In this document: positions 29,379-40,043 of the stretch, piece after piece | Numbering within the stretch: the stretch's first letter is position 1 | Layout of the letters: each line of letters opens with the position of its first letter | Assembly: GCA_034520965.1 (NCBI GenBank) | Contig: JAXHMY010000001.1 | Span: 608,001 to 672,000 of the forward strand | Source: Spirochaetia bacterium | GTDB taxonomy: Bacteria > Spirochaetota > Spirochaetia > DSM-16054 > Sediminispirochaetaceae | Direction: 5' to 3' | Length of the DNA stretch: 64,000 nt | Program-made: the position numbers and the translations under genes | The notes under the pieces: model-generated | Told to the model about the DNA's origin: nothing | What the model saw: the letters and a program-made list of their open reading frames with translations, nothing else | Database searches by the model: none

Positions 29379-29890
29379 ACTACCTCCCCAAAATAGATTC
29401 CAATGCTTATTGCCACAATAAGAGCAATGAGTAAGCTTATAAAGTTTCGCACCAGAGCAACCTTCGTGCCTAAATAGTGACGCTCAACCGGAAATGTTAA
29501 CACACCAACCATCATGAGGGTGGTGGTAAATGCAGCCAGAACAATATAGGGGACCCCCTGCTTTAGCAGCAGTCCACTCAGGGGAAAAGCGATAAAGCCA
29601 GGCATCAGTGTGAGCGATCCAAGCAGCCCCGCAGCGGTGGTAGTATAAAACAAGTTCTCCCCTCCCAGATGCCGCACAAACACCTCCTGAGGCAAGACGG
29701 TACAGGGCCAATGCAACTGCCGAAGCATAGTCATAAACGGAGGCAAGAGTTTGAGAGATCGGCGCCAGGCGATCTGCAGCGCCTCCAGCGTCTTCTTGCG
29801 GCTGCCGATAAGCGAAGCAATCAAAGCAATAGTGCTCAAAATATAAAGAACAGACATTAAACTATCTCCTTTGCATATGCTGCCGTTCAT
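29375..29890 (-). CDS. DUF318/ArsP-like permease half
   Basis: GSLTLMPGFIAFPL...LMMVGVLTFPVERHYLG...RN; a short local stretch looks frame-disturbed. Confidence 0.78.
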   Translation of the reverse strand: MNGSICKGDSLMSVLYILSTIALIASLIGSRKKTLEALQIAWRRSLKLLPPFMTMLRQLHWPCTVLPQEVFVRHLGGENLFYTTTAAGLLGSLTLMPGFIAFPLSGLLLKQGVPYIVLAAFTTTLMMVGVLTFPVERHYLGTKVALVRNFISLLIALIVAISIGIYFGEVV

Positions 29891-29910
29891 ACTACCGGAA
29901 AAATTAGTGA

Positions 29911-31198
29911 CTGTCCCGAAGCTTATTGATTTTCTTAGGGCTTCTGGTTGTAGACATAATTAACATAAAGGCCTCTTTCAGCTATATGCATATTTTGGAA
30001 GGTACTCCCTTCCCTTTTTGAGGGGAGTACGATATAAGCGAAACCACAGCCCTTTCTCCCCGGGGGTAAGGTCGAGAAATGTGACAAAGGGTCTCCACAC
30101 GAACCGACTCTCGAGCATCGGCGCGACAAGCCTGCCATTCACACCGGCCAGATTCCAGTGCCATAGCCCGGCCTTCGGGTAGTTCTCTCGGTAGGGCTTT
30201 ATGCAATTATGGTGGAGCCGATACACACGCAGCCGCTCCAGCAGAGCGCTTGCATTTCTCGCGGTATTCACTGTATAGCGCACATAATTGACAATATCCT
30301 TACGGAATTGCCTGTCCATATAGTTAACAGCAAACAAATTATTTCCCCGTCCCGGCTGTTTGGTCCCCTTCGCCGCATCATGAATAATAGTCCCCTGCCG
30401 CAGCAACTGAGCAAAGGCCTTGTGTCGGCGAAAAGCCCGCGGGTAGGCCTGGTGATGGTCGGTATAGACCTTAAGAACGGTTTTATGCCGGCCAGCAAAC
30501 AGATGCAGAATCTCCTCGGCAAGCCTGGCCATCGACTTTTCAATCCCTTCGGGGTGGAGCCGCACACATCAAGAAATCGCGAAACGGTTTTTGGGAGGGG
30601 CTCATACGCCCCTTCGGCGCAGGGTGGTAAAGTCCATGGCGTCAGAAGTACTGGGTCTCCTTGCCGATGAGAATATTCAGGTGGTGGGGAAAATACCTGC
30701 TGTGCAGGTAGCCCTCAAAGCCGTCGGCCACCAGGTCCTCCTTAAGGTGCATATGCTGCCGGCTCAACGCATGAAAGCCCAGAGCCCAGTGGGCCACTAC
30801 GAGAGAGCCGGTTTCGGCAAGGCCGCGGCGGAGATTCCAGATTCCGGATAAATTCGAATTCCGGCAGGTGGACCTAAGCTGACGAAAGATCTGCTAGTAG
30901 GAAATAACTCTTTTTGCGTCGATAGTTTAAGCTGAAGGTCTGATCGCTGAAGGTGCGCTTGCAGGTCAAGACATTGGTAGCGCTGGACCCACCGAAGGCA
31001 TCTGTCCAGTGGGACCCATAGCGCCTATACCAATGACGGTGCTTACCTTCAAAGTGCTGGGAGCATTCCTTATAAGGACAAAATGGTGGTGTGCTCATGC
31101 TCTTAATCCTCCTTTTAGGTGGTATTACCTATATAGAGGGTTAAAAGTATGCTCTGCTTCAACTCGGTGGAAAATAAATTCAATCAGCTTCGAGACAG
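29911..31198 (-). mobile_element. IS1/IS1595-like insertion sequence, copy A (transposase 29978..31098, multiply frameshifted)
   Basis: Imperfect inverted repeats ACTGTCCCGAAGCTTATTGATTTTCTT vs ACTGTCTCGAAGCTGATTGAATTTATT (23/27); flanking TGA direct repeat (29908-10, 31199-201); fragments PPFCP..C, EDLVADGFE, VYTD, LFAVNYMDRQFRKD homologous to 42491..43615. Confidence 0.8.
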
Positions 31199-31306
31199 TG
31201 ATTTTAGATTGCTAAAGAAGGCCGGGCCTAATAGAATATAGGCATCACCACCGCTGCCCTTTGAGGGCTGAAAGAAAGGAACTCATTATAAAATGTATGC
31301 TTTACA

Positions 31307-34300
31307 ATGTCGTGTCCGCTTTTGCCAGTTTCTTCATTGTACTCATTACGTGTGTCCCTGGTGACCGCATTGGGGGGGGCACCGGACTTTCGCTTTATGC
31401 ATATCGGCCAGGATGATGGGTTAAGCCAAAATTCGGCCAACTGCATTATCCAGGACAGCCGCGGATATATCTGGATAGCCACCTTCGACGGATTAAACCG
31501 ATTCGACGGTGAAGAGTTTAAGGTGTATCGGAACAATCCCTTCGATCCCGAAAGCCTTATCGACAGCGGCGTCACCTGGCTGGCCCCTGCCGCGGACGGC
31601 TCTATCTGGATAGCTACCCGCGAAGGTTTGGACCACTTTAATCCTCAGACCGAAGAGTTTATCCATTTTACCCACGACCCGGGCAATCCACACAGTCTGA
31701 GTGACAATTTTATCTACTTTGTAATGGTCGACAGCCAGGAGACACTGTGGGTGGCCACCCATAAAGGCGGCCTAAACCGGCTGGATGCGGACAGCATACA
31801 GTTTATACATTACGCACATACTCCAGGGAATCCGCGCAGCCTGGACAGCAACCTAATCTACAGTGTGTATGAAGATTCACAGGGCCTGATTTGGGTCGGC
31901 ACCGACAGAGGGGTGCAGAGTCTGAACAAGGCTACGGGAGAGGTTAAGCGCTACCCTCACCCTGATGAGGCTTTTGATGAAATCTACTGTATTTTTGAGG
32001 ACAGCCGGCAACGGCTGTGGGTCACATCCTACGGCGGAGGTATTGCCCGGCTTAATCGGAACAGCGGTGATTTCACTACCTACACAGCTAAAAGTGCACC
32101 CCTCGGTTCAGAAGGACTGCGCAGCAACAATGTCCAGTACATCACAGAGGATGACACTGGCCGGCTCTGGGTAGCAACCGACGGCGCCGGAGTTGCAGAG
32201 TTTCATCCGGAACAGGTTAAGTTTACCCACTACTTGCATGATACCTCATCCACTGGAAGCCTTGCTCACAATAATGTAGTGTACATTTTCAAGGATAACT
32301 CAGGCCTTTTATGGTTCGGAACCTATGAAAACGGTGTAAGTACCCTTAACCCCCACAAGCCTTTCCTCCATTACCGTGAAAAAGCGGCTCCTGAAAGTTT
32401 ACCCGACAATATGGTCACCAGCTTCAGCGAAGATCCGGAGGGAGTTATGTGGATCGGAACCCGCAATCAAGGCATCACCCGGTTTGATCCTAAAAGCCAC
32501 CATTTTTCATATCATCCAGCCTACAGTAACTTGGACTTCAAGTTAAGCTCCAACCGTATCCAGCACCTGTACACCGATCCCTTGGACGGCAGTCTGTGGA
32601 TAAGTACCAACCGCGGCCTTGATCATCTATCCGAGGACAAAACACTGCGCCACTACCGGCATAATGAAAAGGACCCTCACAGTTTAAGCGGCAATGATAT
32701 ACAACATATCCTTCGCGACAAACGGGGTAGACTGTGGGTTGCCACCCGCCAGGGGCTCAATATGTTGAACCCTGAAACCGGCCACAGCCGCCGGTTTGTT
32801 CACGAGTCCGAAAATCCGAAAAGTCTGAGTGATGATAACATCCGATTTATTTATGAAGACAGAAAGGAGCGTTTATGGGTAGGTACCTTCAGTGGAGGTC
32901 TGCAGGAATTCTTTCCTTCAACTGGTGGGTTCCGCCGAATTCCTGCATCGGAGGGGGTACCGGGACAAGGAATCAGCAGCAATATAATTCGTTCAATCTT
33001 TGAAGATCAGAAGGGACACTTATGGATTGGAACCAGTGCCGGGCTCAATCGATTTAACCCGGGGATGGGGGAATACAAGGTATATACCCGTTCGGAAGGA
33101 CTACTGAGTAATACCATTTATTCGATTGAAGGCGATCCGGACGGGAATTTGTGGTTTAGTACTTCAGCGGGGCTCACAAAGTTCGATCCTGAAACCGAAG
33201 AAGTTTTTAATTACAGCAAGAATGACGGTTTGCAGGCAAATGAGTTTAATACCGAGTCAAGTTTTAGCAGCAGCAGCGGAGAATTGTATTTTGGAGGGGT
33301 GAACGGTTTCAACAGGTTTCAACCGAAAAAGATTCAGACCAATCTTTTCAGACCGCCCATCGTAATTACAAGTTTTCAAATTGCCGGGGCTCCGGAGCTC
33401 TCACCTGATTATGAGGCTGCAGAACAACAGGTGGAAATTCCCTATAACCAAAGCTATTTTACCTTCCAGTACGCTTCGCTCGACTATACAAATCCCAAAA
33501 AAAACAGCTATGCCTACAAACTAGAGGGCTTTCATGACCAGTGGATCGAGGCGGGTACCCGTAACTTCGGTAGCTTCTCAAATATTCCCCATGGGTCTTA
33601 TACCCTGTTAATTCGTGGAACCAATTCCGACGGCATAATATCAGACAAGGACGCAGCACTCCCCTTGAAAATTACCACCCCCCCTTGGCTAAGCAGTGGA
33701 GCTATAGCTGCATATACTCTTGCCGGAACCCTCATGTTTTTATTTTTCATTTATATAATCCGCCGCAAATTGTTTTCTCAATCGATCGAGGCCGAGCGTC
33801 AACGCAAACTCAACCAAGACCTCGAAATGAAAGTAAAGGAGAGGACCCAAAAGCTTGAACAGGCAAACCGTCAGGCAAATGCGGCCAATAAGGCTAAAAG
33901 TCGATTCTTGGCGGTGATGAGTCATGAAATCCGTACCCCCCTCTCCGGTATTCAGGGAATGGCGGAACTGCTTACTCAGCGTCTCAAACCCAGCAAGGAA
34001 AAGGAGTATGCAGTACTGCTGCAGGAGGCCTCAACATATTTACAGCAGCTCATTGGGGATATTTTGGATATATCCCGAGTAGAACACGGGAGGCTTGAAC
34101 TTTATCCTGAAGCATGCAATCTGCGACATATTCTCGAGAGTGTCCAGAGAATCAGTGCAGCCCGAGCTATTGAAAAAAACCTTAGTTTCAGCATCGATGT
34201 GGAACCTCTGGTTCCAATGGCAATTTATGCGGATCCTTTACGCCTGAAACAGATAATTACGAACCTCACCTCCAATGCAATTCAATACTCTGAAACCGGT

Positions 34301-35368
34301 AAGGTCAGTGTCAAAGTAATTCGAAACAAAATTCTTCCGGATGGAAAAGTGGAACTTGCTTTTAAGGTAACAGATACAGGAGAGGGAATCTCCCAGGACT
34401 TGATAGAAAATCTGTTTCAACCCTATGTACGGGGCAGATCATCAGAATCAATTCCAGGTACCGGTTTGGGACTTTCAATATCCAAAGAATTGGCGCAACT
34501 GATGCAGGGGGATATTTTAGTAGAGTCGGTAATTGGCCAAGGTTCGGTTTTTAGTTTCAAGGCTCCTTTTCTAGTTGTGGAAGCACCACTACACAAAGGA
34601 AAAGAGCAGCAGGTGCAAGTTAGGCTCAAGGGACCAGTCAAAATTCTTTTGGCTGAAGATGAGCGCATCAACCGTGTTTTTCTACACGACATACTGAAAG
34701 AACACGGATTTGATGTCGACATTGCTGAAGATGGGAAAGCCGCAGTGAACAAATATTTTCCTGATAAATATGATGCCCTGTTGATCGATCTGAACCTTCC
34801 GCGTATGAACGGACTGGCCGCTGCCGGAGAAATCCGATACCAGGAGCATACCAGCGGTACTCATCCGATTCCAATAATTGCCCTTACAGCCTCCAGCATA
34901 GAAACTGAAGCTCAATCAATTTACGAAGCGGGCATGAATGCCTTTATAAAAAAACCGGCCACTTTTTCAAAATTGATCGAAGTGCTCGCCGCACATTTAC
35001 CCCATAAAATATCGGTTATTAGTACTCTAAGCGATGGGGCTGTAACAGATCCACAGAAAACCGAAACCCGTTTACAAGAAATCCACAGCTTGGCTCTCCA
35101 GGATTTAATAAAACGACAGAAGAGCTTGTCAAAAGCCCTAGAATCAAAGGACCTGGAAGCCCTGCCCCACATTGTCCATTCTATCCGGAACATAGCCGGG
35201 GTTTTGCACGATGCCGCACTTTTAGAAGCAGCCAAGCTTATGGATCACACGAACTCAGAGTCAGAGTCAACAAAGCTGAATACCGCTGAAATCACTCAAC
35301 TACAGCAGGAACTGAACCGGGTTATCACATATCTACAGAAAATAGTATCTTCAGGAGATGGGAGTTAA
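31307..35368 (+). CDS. Hybrid sensor kinase (beta-propeller Reg_prop + Y_Y_Y + HisKA + HATPase + REC + Hpt-like)
   Basis: Repeated D..G.LW.GT..GL blades, YAYKLEG, MSHEIRTPL, LAED...DLNLPRMNG; true start uncertain. Confidence 0.9.
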   Translation: MSCPLLPVSSLYSLRVSLVTALGGAPDFRFMHIGQDDGLSQNSANCIIQDSRGYIWIATFDGLNRFDGEEFKVYRNNPFDPESLIDSGVTWLAPAADGSIWIATREGLDHFNPQTEEFIHFTHDPGNPHSLSDNFIYFVMVDSQETLWVATHKGGLNRLDADSIQFIHYAHTPGNPRSLDSNLIYSVYEDSQGLIWVGTDRGVQSLNKATGEVKRYPHPDEAFDEIYCIFEDSRQRLWVTSYGGGIARLNRNSGDFTTYTAKSAPLGSEGLRSNNVQYITEDDTGRLWVATDGAGVAEFHPEQVKFTHYLHDTSSTGSLAHNNVVYIFKDNSGLLWFGTYENGVSTLNPHKPFLHYREKAAPESLPDNMVTSFSEDPEGVMWIGTRNQGITRFDPKSHHFSYHPAYSNLDFKLSSNRIQHLYTDPLDGSLWISTNRGLDHLSEDKTLRHYRHNEKDPHSLSGNDIQHILRDKRGRLWVATRQGLNMLNPETGHSRRFVHESENPKSLSDDNIRFIYEDRKERLWVGTFSGGLQEFFPSTGGFRRIPASEGVPGQGISSNIIRSIFEDQKGHLWIGTSAGLNRFNPGMGEYKVYTRSEGLLSNTIYSIEGDPDGNLWFSTSAGLTKFDPETEEVFNYSKNDGLQANEFNTESSFSSSSGELYFGGVNGFNRFQPKKIQTNLFRPPIVITSFQIAGAPELSPDYEAAEQQVEIPYNQSYFTFQYASLDYTNPKKNSYAYKLEGFHDQWIEAGTRNFGSFSNIPHGSYTLLIRGTNSDGIISDKDAALPLKITTPPWLSSGAIAAYTLAGTLMFLFFIYIIRRKLFSQSIEAERQRKLNQDLEMKVKERTQKLEQANRQANAANKAKSRFLAVMSHEIRTPLSGIQGMAELLTQRLKPSKEKEYAVLLQEASTYLQQLIGDILDISRVEHGRLELYPEACNLRHILESVQRISAARAIEKNLSFSIDVEPLVPMAIYADPLRLKQIITNLTSNAIQYSETGKVSVKVIRNKILPDGKVELAFKVTDTGEGISQDLIENLFQPYVRGRSSESIPGTGLGLSISKELAQLMQGDILVESVIGQGSVFSFKAPFLVVEAPLHKGKEQQVQVRLKGPVKILLAEDERINRVFLHDILKEHGFDVDIAEDGKAAVNKYFPDKYDALLIDLNLPRMNGLAAAGEIRYQEHTSGTHPIPIIALTASSIETEAQSIYEAGMNAFIKKPATFSKLIEVLAAHLPHKISVISTLSDGAVTDPQKTETRLQEIHSLALQDLIKRQKSLSKALESKDLEALPHIVHSIRNIAGVLHDAALLEAAKLMDHTNSESESTKLNTAEITQLQQELNRVITYLQKIVSSGDGS

Positions 35369-36884
35369 TTATATGTATGATGTATGCATCATTGGAGGCG
35401 GTGTTGTCGGTTGCGCAATAGCCCGTGAACTTGCACGCTACAAACTACGCACCGTATTATGTGAAAAAAGTGTTGATGTAGGAAACGGCGCCACCAAGGC
35501 AAATAGTGCAATTGTTCATGGCGGTTATACCGCAGCCCACGGAACATTAAAGGGTGAACTGAGCATCCGTGGAAACCGTATGTTCGACGAACTCAACGAA
35601 AACTTGAATTTCGGCTTAAACCGATGCGGTTCACTGGTGCTGGCCTTTTCGGATGAGGAGCGCTCAAGCTTAGAAGCACTACTGCAGAATGGAAAGCTGA
35701 ATGGTGTGAAGGGCCTGAGAATTGTTGAGCAGGAAGAACTGGAGAAGATGGAGCCCCAGGTAGGACCGGAGGCGATAGCCGCCCTCCACTGCCCCGAAAC
35801 CGCCGTTACCTCCCCCTACGAGATGTGTATTGCCCTGGCCGAGAACGCCGTTGCCAATGGGCTGGACTTACGGCTTGAGAGTGAAGTCGTGGGGATAGAA
35901 AAAGCCGACGGCGCATTTTCTATTCAGCTCGCCCCGGAGAACACCTCGAAGCGCGCTCCTCAGAACCTTTCCGCCAGGTATGTCGTGAATGCCGCCGGGG
36001 TGTATTCCGACCGCATTGCCGCTATGATCGGCGATACCAGCTTTCGGATACTGCCTCGGCAGGGACAGTATCTTATTCTTCGGCGCGGAGACAGCGAGCT
36101 GGTACACAGTGTGATTTTCCAGACCCCCACTAAAAAGGGGAAGGGTATTTTAGTAACTCCGACCTATTGGGGAAATCTGATGATCGGACCGAATTCCGAG
36201 GAGATACCCGAGCGAGACGATGTGAGCACAAATTCGGAGATTCTTTCTTACATTGTCGAGAAAGCGCGCCGCAGCGTTCCCGGCTTTAAGCTGAGCCATG
36301 TAATCCGTTCTTTTTCCGGGATCAGGGCTACCAGCGACACGAAAGAATTTATAATTGACGAGGCACCAATCGGAGGGTTTATACATGCAGCCGGAATAGA
36401 CTCGCCGGGTCTGACCTCCTCCCCTGCGATTGCAGTAAAGGTGATCGAGCTTCTATCAACCGCAGGCTTATCTCTGCAGGAAAAACCGGATTTTAATCCT
36501 AAGCGCCCCGGGATAAACTCGCCTCAACCCCTACAGCCGATCAAGGAGGTACAGGATTTAATAGAGTTACCGGAAGGCAATCCGGAGCGGATAGTCTGCC
36601 GCTGTGAACAGGTCCGCGAAAAGACAATTATAGATGCGCTTCAGAGGGGTATTCCCGTTACATCACTCGATGCGGTCAAGCGCCGCACCCGGGCCGGAAT
36701 GGGCCCTTGTCAAGGCACTTTTTGCGGCCCCCGGGTACGCTCACTTATAGCCCACACCACAGGCATTTCCGAGGATGAAGTGCTGTCCCGCAGCGGCGGT
36801 TCTGGAATTTTGCCGGAGCGGGTGAGCGGAAAAGACTTGCGCAGCCTCGAGGAGCAAAAACAAGAACAAAAGCAGGAGCAATAA
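35358..36884 (+). CDS. FAD-dependent oxidoreductase (GlpA/LhgO-like) with C-terminal BFD-like [2Fe-2S] domain
   Basis: GGGVVG, ATKANSAIVHGG, GIDSPGLTSSPAIA, VCRCEQV...RAGMGPCQG. Confidence 0.88.
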   Translation: MGVNYMYDVCIIGGGVVGCAIARELARYKLRTVLCEKSVDVGNGATKANSAIVHGGYTAAHGTLKGELSIRGNRMFDELNENLNFGLNRCGSLVLAFSDEERSSLEALLQNGKLNGVKGLRIVEQEELEKMEPQVGPEAIAALHCPETAVTSPYEMCIALAENAVANGLDLRLESEVVGIEKADGAFSIQLAPENTSKRAPQNLSARYVVNAAGVYSDRIAAMIGDTSFRILPRQGQYLILRRGDSELVHSVIFQTPTKKGKGILVTPTYWGNLMIGPNSEEIPERDDVSTNSEILSYIVEKARRSVPGFKLSHVIRSFSGIRATSDTKEFIIDEAPIGGFIHAAGIDSPGLTSSPAIAVKVIELLSTAGLSLQEKPDFNPKRPGINSPQPLQPIKEVQDLIELPEGNPERIVCRCEQVREKTIIDALQRGIPVTSLDAVKRRTRAGMGPCQGTFCGPRVRSLIAHTTGISEDEVLSRSGGSGILPERVSGKDLRSLEEQKQEQKQEQ

Positions 36885-36926
36885 ACAGGGTCAGCTCAAA
36901 ACGTCAGGTATGAGTATCGTCTAAGC

Positions 36927-37112
36927 TTATTCGCTCAGCTGAGACTCCAGGGCAAGTAATTTATCCCCCGTTTCCCGCGAGAGCCTCTCAAACAGTTCTG
37001 CCCGAAGATGCTTCGGGGTATCGCTGATATGTAATACTAACGGCCGGGCTGCGGTCAGTATTTCCTCCGGAACATAGGGGATATCAAACAAGCCATATAC
37101 ATGCTCTTTCAT
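36927..37112 (-). pseudogene. Short ORF resembling a metallophosphoesterase N-terminus (likely deletion remnant)
   Basis: LVLHISDTP resembles the first calcineurin-like phosphoesterase motif; the rest of the domain is absent. Confidence 0.35.
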
Positions 37113-37120
37113 CAAATCGA

Positions 37121-38224
37121 CTATTCCCGCCATTTAAATACCAGCTTTATCAAAGTACCATTCTCCCGTTCCACTACTAGTTTCCCCTCAACCTGCATAA
37201 CGAGGGTTTGAACCAGCATAAACCCCAAGGATGAAGTTTGGTCAATATCAATATTTTCCGGCAAGCCGATCCCTCTATCCGCTACAGTAAGCGTATACAC
37301 ATCATCATCTTTCACTGCTGTAACCTGCAGGATCCCTCCGTTTCCATCGGGATATGCATGTTCAATGACATTATCAACCAGTTCGTGAATAATCAATCCG
37401 ATGGGAATTGCCAACTCTAAGCCCAGATACAGGTTTTGTACTTGAACTTGTATATCTATATCCTCGCCTACTGCAGTTTTACTGCAGACGATCTCATTCA
37501 CCATCCCATTCAGATAAGCTTGCAAGTTTATCTGAGTAAAATCATCTGTTCTGTAAAGCTGTTCATGGGCCATGGCCATGGCCTGTATTCGATGAATACT
37601 CTTCTCAATTAATCGGAGGTCATAGCCATCACGATAGAGAGGCTTCTGCAAATTCATAAGGCTCATAATAACCTGCATGTTGTTTTTAACCCGGTGGTGA
37701 ACCTCACGCAGTAAGACCTCTTTTTCTTCTAACGAGTTCCGCAACTCCCTATTGATTTCCTGGAGTTTAGTATTCGCCGATTTCAACGCTTCAGTTTTCT
37801 CTGCTACCTGTTCTTCAAGATGCTCACGGTAACGATTGTTCTCCTGGGCCAATTCTACTTTTTCAAGAGCCCGTTTTACCGCAAACAGAAGAATGTTCAA
37901 ATCCTCCACCGGTTTAAGAATATAATCCCAGGCTCCAAGATGCATTGCATCTATCACATCGGTGATATTCCCAGTCCCCGAAACCACAATCACCGGTATC
38001 TCAGGAAAGTTATTTCCCACATAATCCAGTACTTGTAAACCGTCGACTTTCGGCATTCGCAGGTCGGCAAGAATCAAATCGGGGGGAGAAGTCTTTATAA
38101 TCTCTATTCCCTTAGCCCCGTCCTCGGCTTCCACAAGGGTGTAACCGTAATCTTCAAGAAAAGAGACAAAACTCTTTCGAATCGCTGATTCATCATCAAT
38201 GCTTAGTACTGTTTGCCCCATCAA
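37121..38224 (-). CDS. Receiver + HisKA_2 histidine kinase
   Basis: IDDE...DLRMPKVDG receiver; REVHHRVKNN; DRGIG. Confidence 0.88.
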   Translation of the reverse strand: MMGQTVLSIDDESAIRKSFVSFLEDYGYTLVEAEDGAKGIEIIKTSPPDLILADLRMPKVDGLQVLDYVGNNFPEIPVIVVSGTGNITDVIDAMHLGAWDYILKPVEDLNILLFAVKRALEKVELAQENNRYREHLEEQVAEKTEALKSANTKLQEINRELRNSLEEKEVLLREVHHRVKNNMQVIMSLMNLQKPLYRDGYDLRLIEKSIHRIQAMAMAHEQLYRTDDFTQINLQAYLNGMVNEIVCSKTAVGEDIDIQVQVQNLYLGLELAIPIGLIIHELVDNVIEHAYPDGNGGILQVTAVKDDDVYTLTVADRGIGLPENIDIDQTSSLGFMLVQTLVMQVEGKLVVERENGTLIKLVFKWRE

Positions 38225-38305
38225 AATCCTCCAAGAGCAGCTGATCTATTATAAACTGTGTCTGCACAATTGCAAATCACAGGCAGTTTGTTTACTATTG
38301 TGCAC

Positions 38306-39157
38306 ATGAAACACCCAATGAGCATACCGTTTCTTTTTGTTATAATCACTATATTATTAACAGTAAGTTGTTCTGCCGAGACAAGCAAGCCGAGTAAATC
38401 CACAGAAGCGGAAAAAGAAATGAAAAGTGAACCGCAGACGATATTTCCCCATCCTGAAATCGACATATCTCTTGCACAGCTGAAAAAAGAGATCGACAAA
38501 GAACCGGACTTTGTTCAGGAGTCTATTTTATCACGGCCCCAATACTTTCTAGAGTTAGCACAGCAATTTCTTGACCTTCCAAGCTGGGCCGGCATCTTAG
38601 TCGATAAGAAGCACCCCCTCCCCGAAGAATATGCTCCGAATGATTTAGCTTTACTGAGCAATTATTCCCTCACCCTCAACCGCTCCGACCTTCGGCTGAG
38701 CCGAGTGTGCATGCCTGCGGTTCTGGCAATGACGGAGGCAGCTCGTATAGATAACATCGAATTGGTATATTCCTCGGCTTTCCGCTCATATTCCTACCAG
38801 CAAGGTCTCTATGAAAGATATGTAGACCAACATGGACAAAAGGAAGCCGACCGCTTCTCTGCGCGTCCGGGTACCAGTCAGCACCAACTTGGAACCACTA
38901 TCGATTTTGGAAGTATAACCCCCGAGTTCGCAGATACACCCGCCGGTCAATGGCTTCGTAAAGAGGCATGGAAATACGGGTTCTCACTTTCATATCCGGA
39001 AGGAGAGGAGGAGCTGACCGGTTATATGTTTGAAATCTGGCACTACCGTTACATCACCCCTACCGGAACGCGACTCGAGCGTGAGTTTTTCGGGGGACTG
39101 CAGCAGCATATGTTGGAATTTTTTCATCGCCAACGGAACTTTCTCGAGAATCAATAA
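38306..39157 (+). CDS. D-Ala-D-Ala carboxypeptidase (M15B/VanY-like), lipoprotein
   Basis: SAFRSY, SARPGTSQHQLG..D, EIWHYRY; LTVSC lipobox. Confidence 0.88.
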   Translation: MKHPMSIPFLFVIITILLTVSCSAETSKPSKSTEAEKEMKSEPQTIFPHPEIDISLAQLKKEIDKEPDFVQESILSRPQYFLELAQQFLDLPSWAGILVDKKHPLPEEYAPNDLALLSNYSLTLNRSDLRLSRVCMPAVLAMTEAARIDNIELVYSSAFRSYSYQQGLYERYVDQHGQKEADRFSARPGTSQHQLGTTIDFGSITPEFADTPAGQWLRKEAWKYGFSLSYPEGEEELTGYMFEIWHYRYITPTGTRLEREFFGGLQQHMLEFFHRQRNFLENQ

Positions 39158-39158
39158 A

Positions 39159-40016
39159 CTATTTCACCAGCAGAAAGCAAACCATTGAGCGGCGTCCCCC
39201 CCGATAGGCATAAAAGGCGTCCCCCTCCCCCTTTTTAATCACAAGAAAGGCCGAATTCCCGCCGTCAAAGTTCATCGCTGAGGAGGCCCCAAGAAGAGTA
39301 AAGATTCGGGAAGTCTCTTTAGATGTCAGACCTCGCCGCAGGGGCCCTTCCCCTTCTACCACCACAATGTAAAAAAAGCGGGCCTCTGCATCCAGGCCGA
39401 CTGCCGTTCTGGCAGTGCGTTCACCGTGAACCCCTATGTTCTGACCCCTGAGCAGGATCGGCTCAAAGCCGCCGGCCGCCCAGTAGGCCCTTTCGAGGAG
39501 TGACGGAGTTAAGCCGTCGCTAATTTTCAATTCTCCGGAGGGCTCTTTCCACAGCACCCCCCACTCCTTCTCCTGCTGTGAATAGAGCACCCCATCTGCC
39601 TTGTATACCCCCACGGGTTCCATTTGAAAGCCTTGCAGCAGATTGAGCACATAGCGAAAGGGAGTGGCGCTAATGACAACCGAAGCCTCTGCAGTTTCTG
39701 CGATGTGCAGAGGTTCAGCCCCACTCTCTTGGGGCGGATACGGGCTGACTTTCACCTTCTCATTTTCAAGGTCCACCCTCAGAAGATGCAGTTGCGGGAC
39801 TTCTCGGTTACCGGGATGCGTTTTGTATTCAACTCCCGGGGCAATTCGACGCCACTGAAGCTCTTGGATATCAGTCGGGAGAGGCAGAAGCCCCTCTTCG
39901 GGGGGAGGAACCCCGGCACATCCTCCATACAAGAGCACCAACAGGACCAACGGCAGACCAGCCACCCTTAAACCCGTTATTCCTGTACCGACGGGCTTAC
40001 TTCTTTTCTTTCCCAA
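39159..40016 (-). CDS. Phosphodiester glycosidase (NAGPA)-family protein
   Basis: ARTAVG...VVVEG...AMNFDGGNS. Confidence 0.8.
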   Translation of the reverse strand: MGKKRSKPVGTGITGLRVAGLPLVLLVLLYGGCAGVPPPEEGLLPLPTDIQELQWRRIAPGVEYKTHPGNREVPQLHLLRVDLENEKVKVSPYPPQESGAEPLHIAETAEASVVISATPFRYVLNLLQGFQMEPVGVYKADGVLYSQQEKEWGVLWKEPSGELKISDGLTPSLLERAYWAAGGFEPILLRGQNIGVHGERTARTAVGLDAEARFFYIVVVEGEGPLRRGLTSKETSRIFTLLGASSAMNFDGGNSAFLVIKKGEGDAFYAYRGGRRSMVCFLLVK

Positions 40017-40043
40017 CCTTCTTCTTTCCCAACATGTGATGCA

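Noticed and set aside
30560..31000. Programmed IS1-type -1 frameshift in IS copy A
   Set aside because: There are several frame breaks at scattered positions, and homologous copy B is a single ORF
31290..31385. G8 tract as a phase-variation switch for the large hybrid kinase
   Set aside because: The ORF reads through the tract; start ambiguity is better explained by the general indel noise
36850..36884. EQKQEQKQEQ tail repeat
   Set aside because: Short low-complexity C-terminal extension with synonymous divergence; no sign of function
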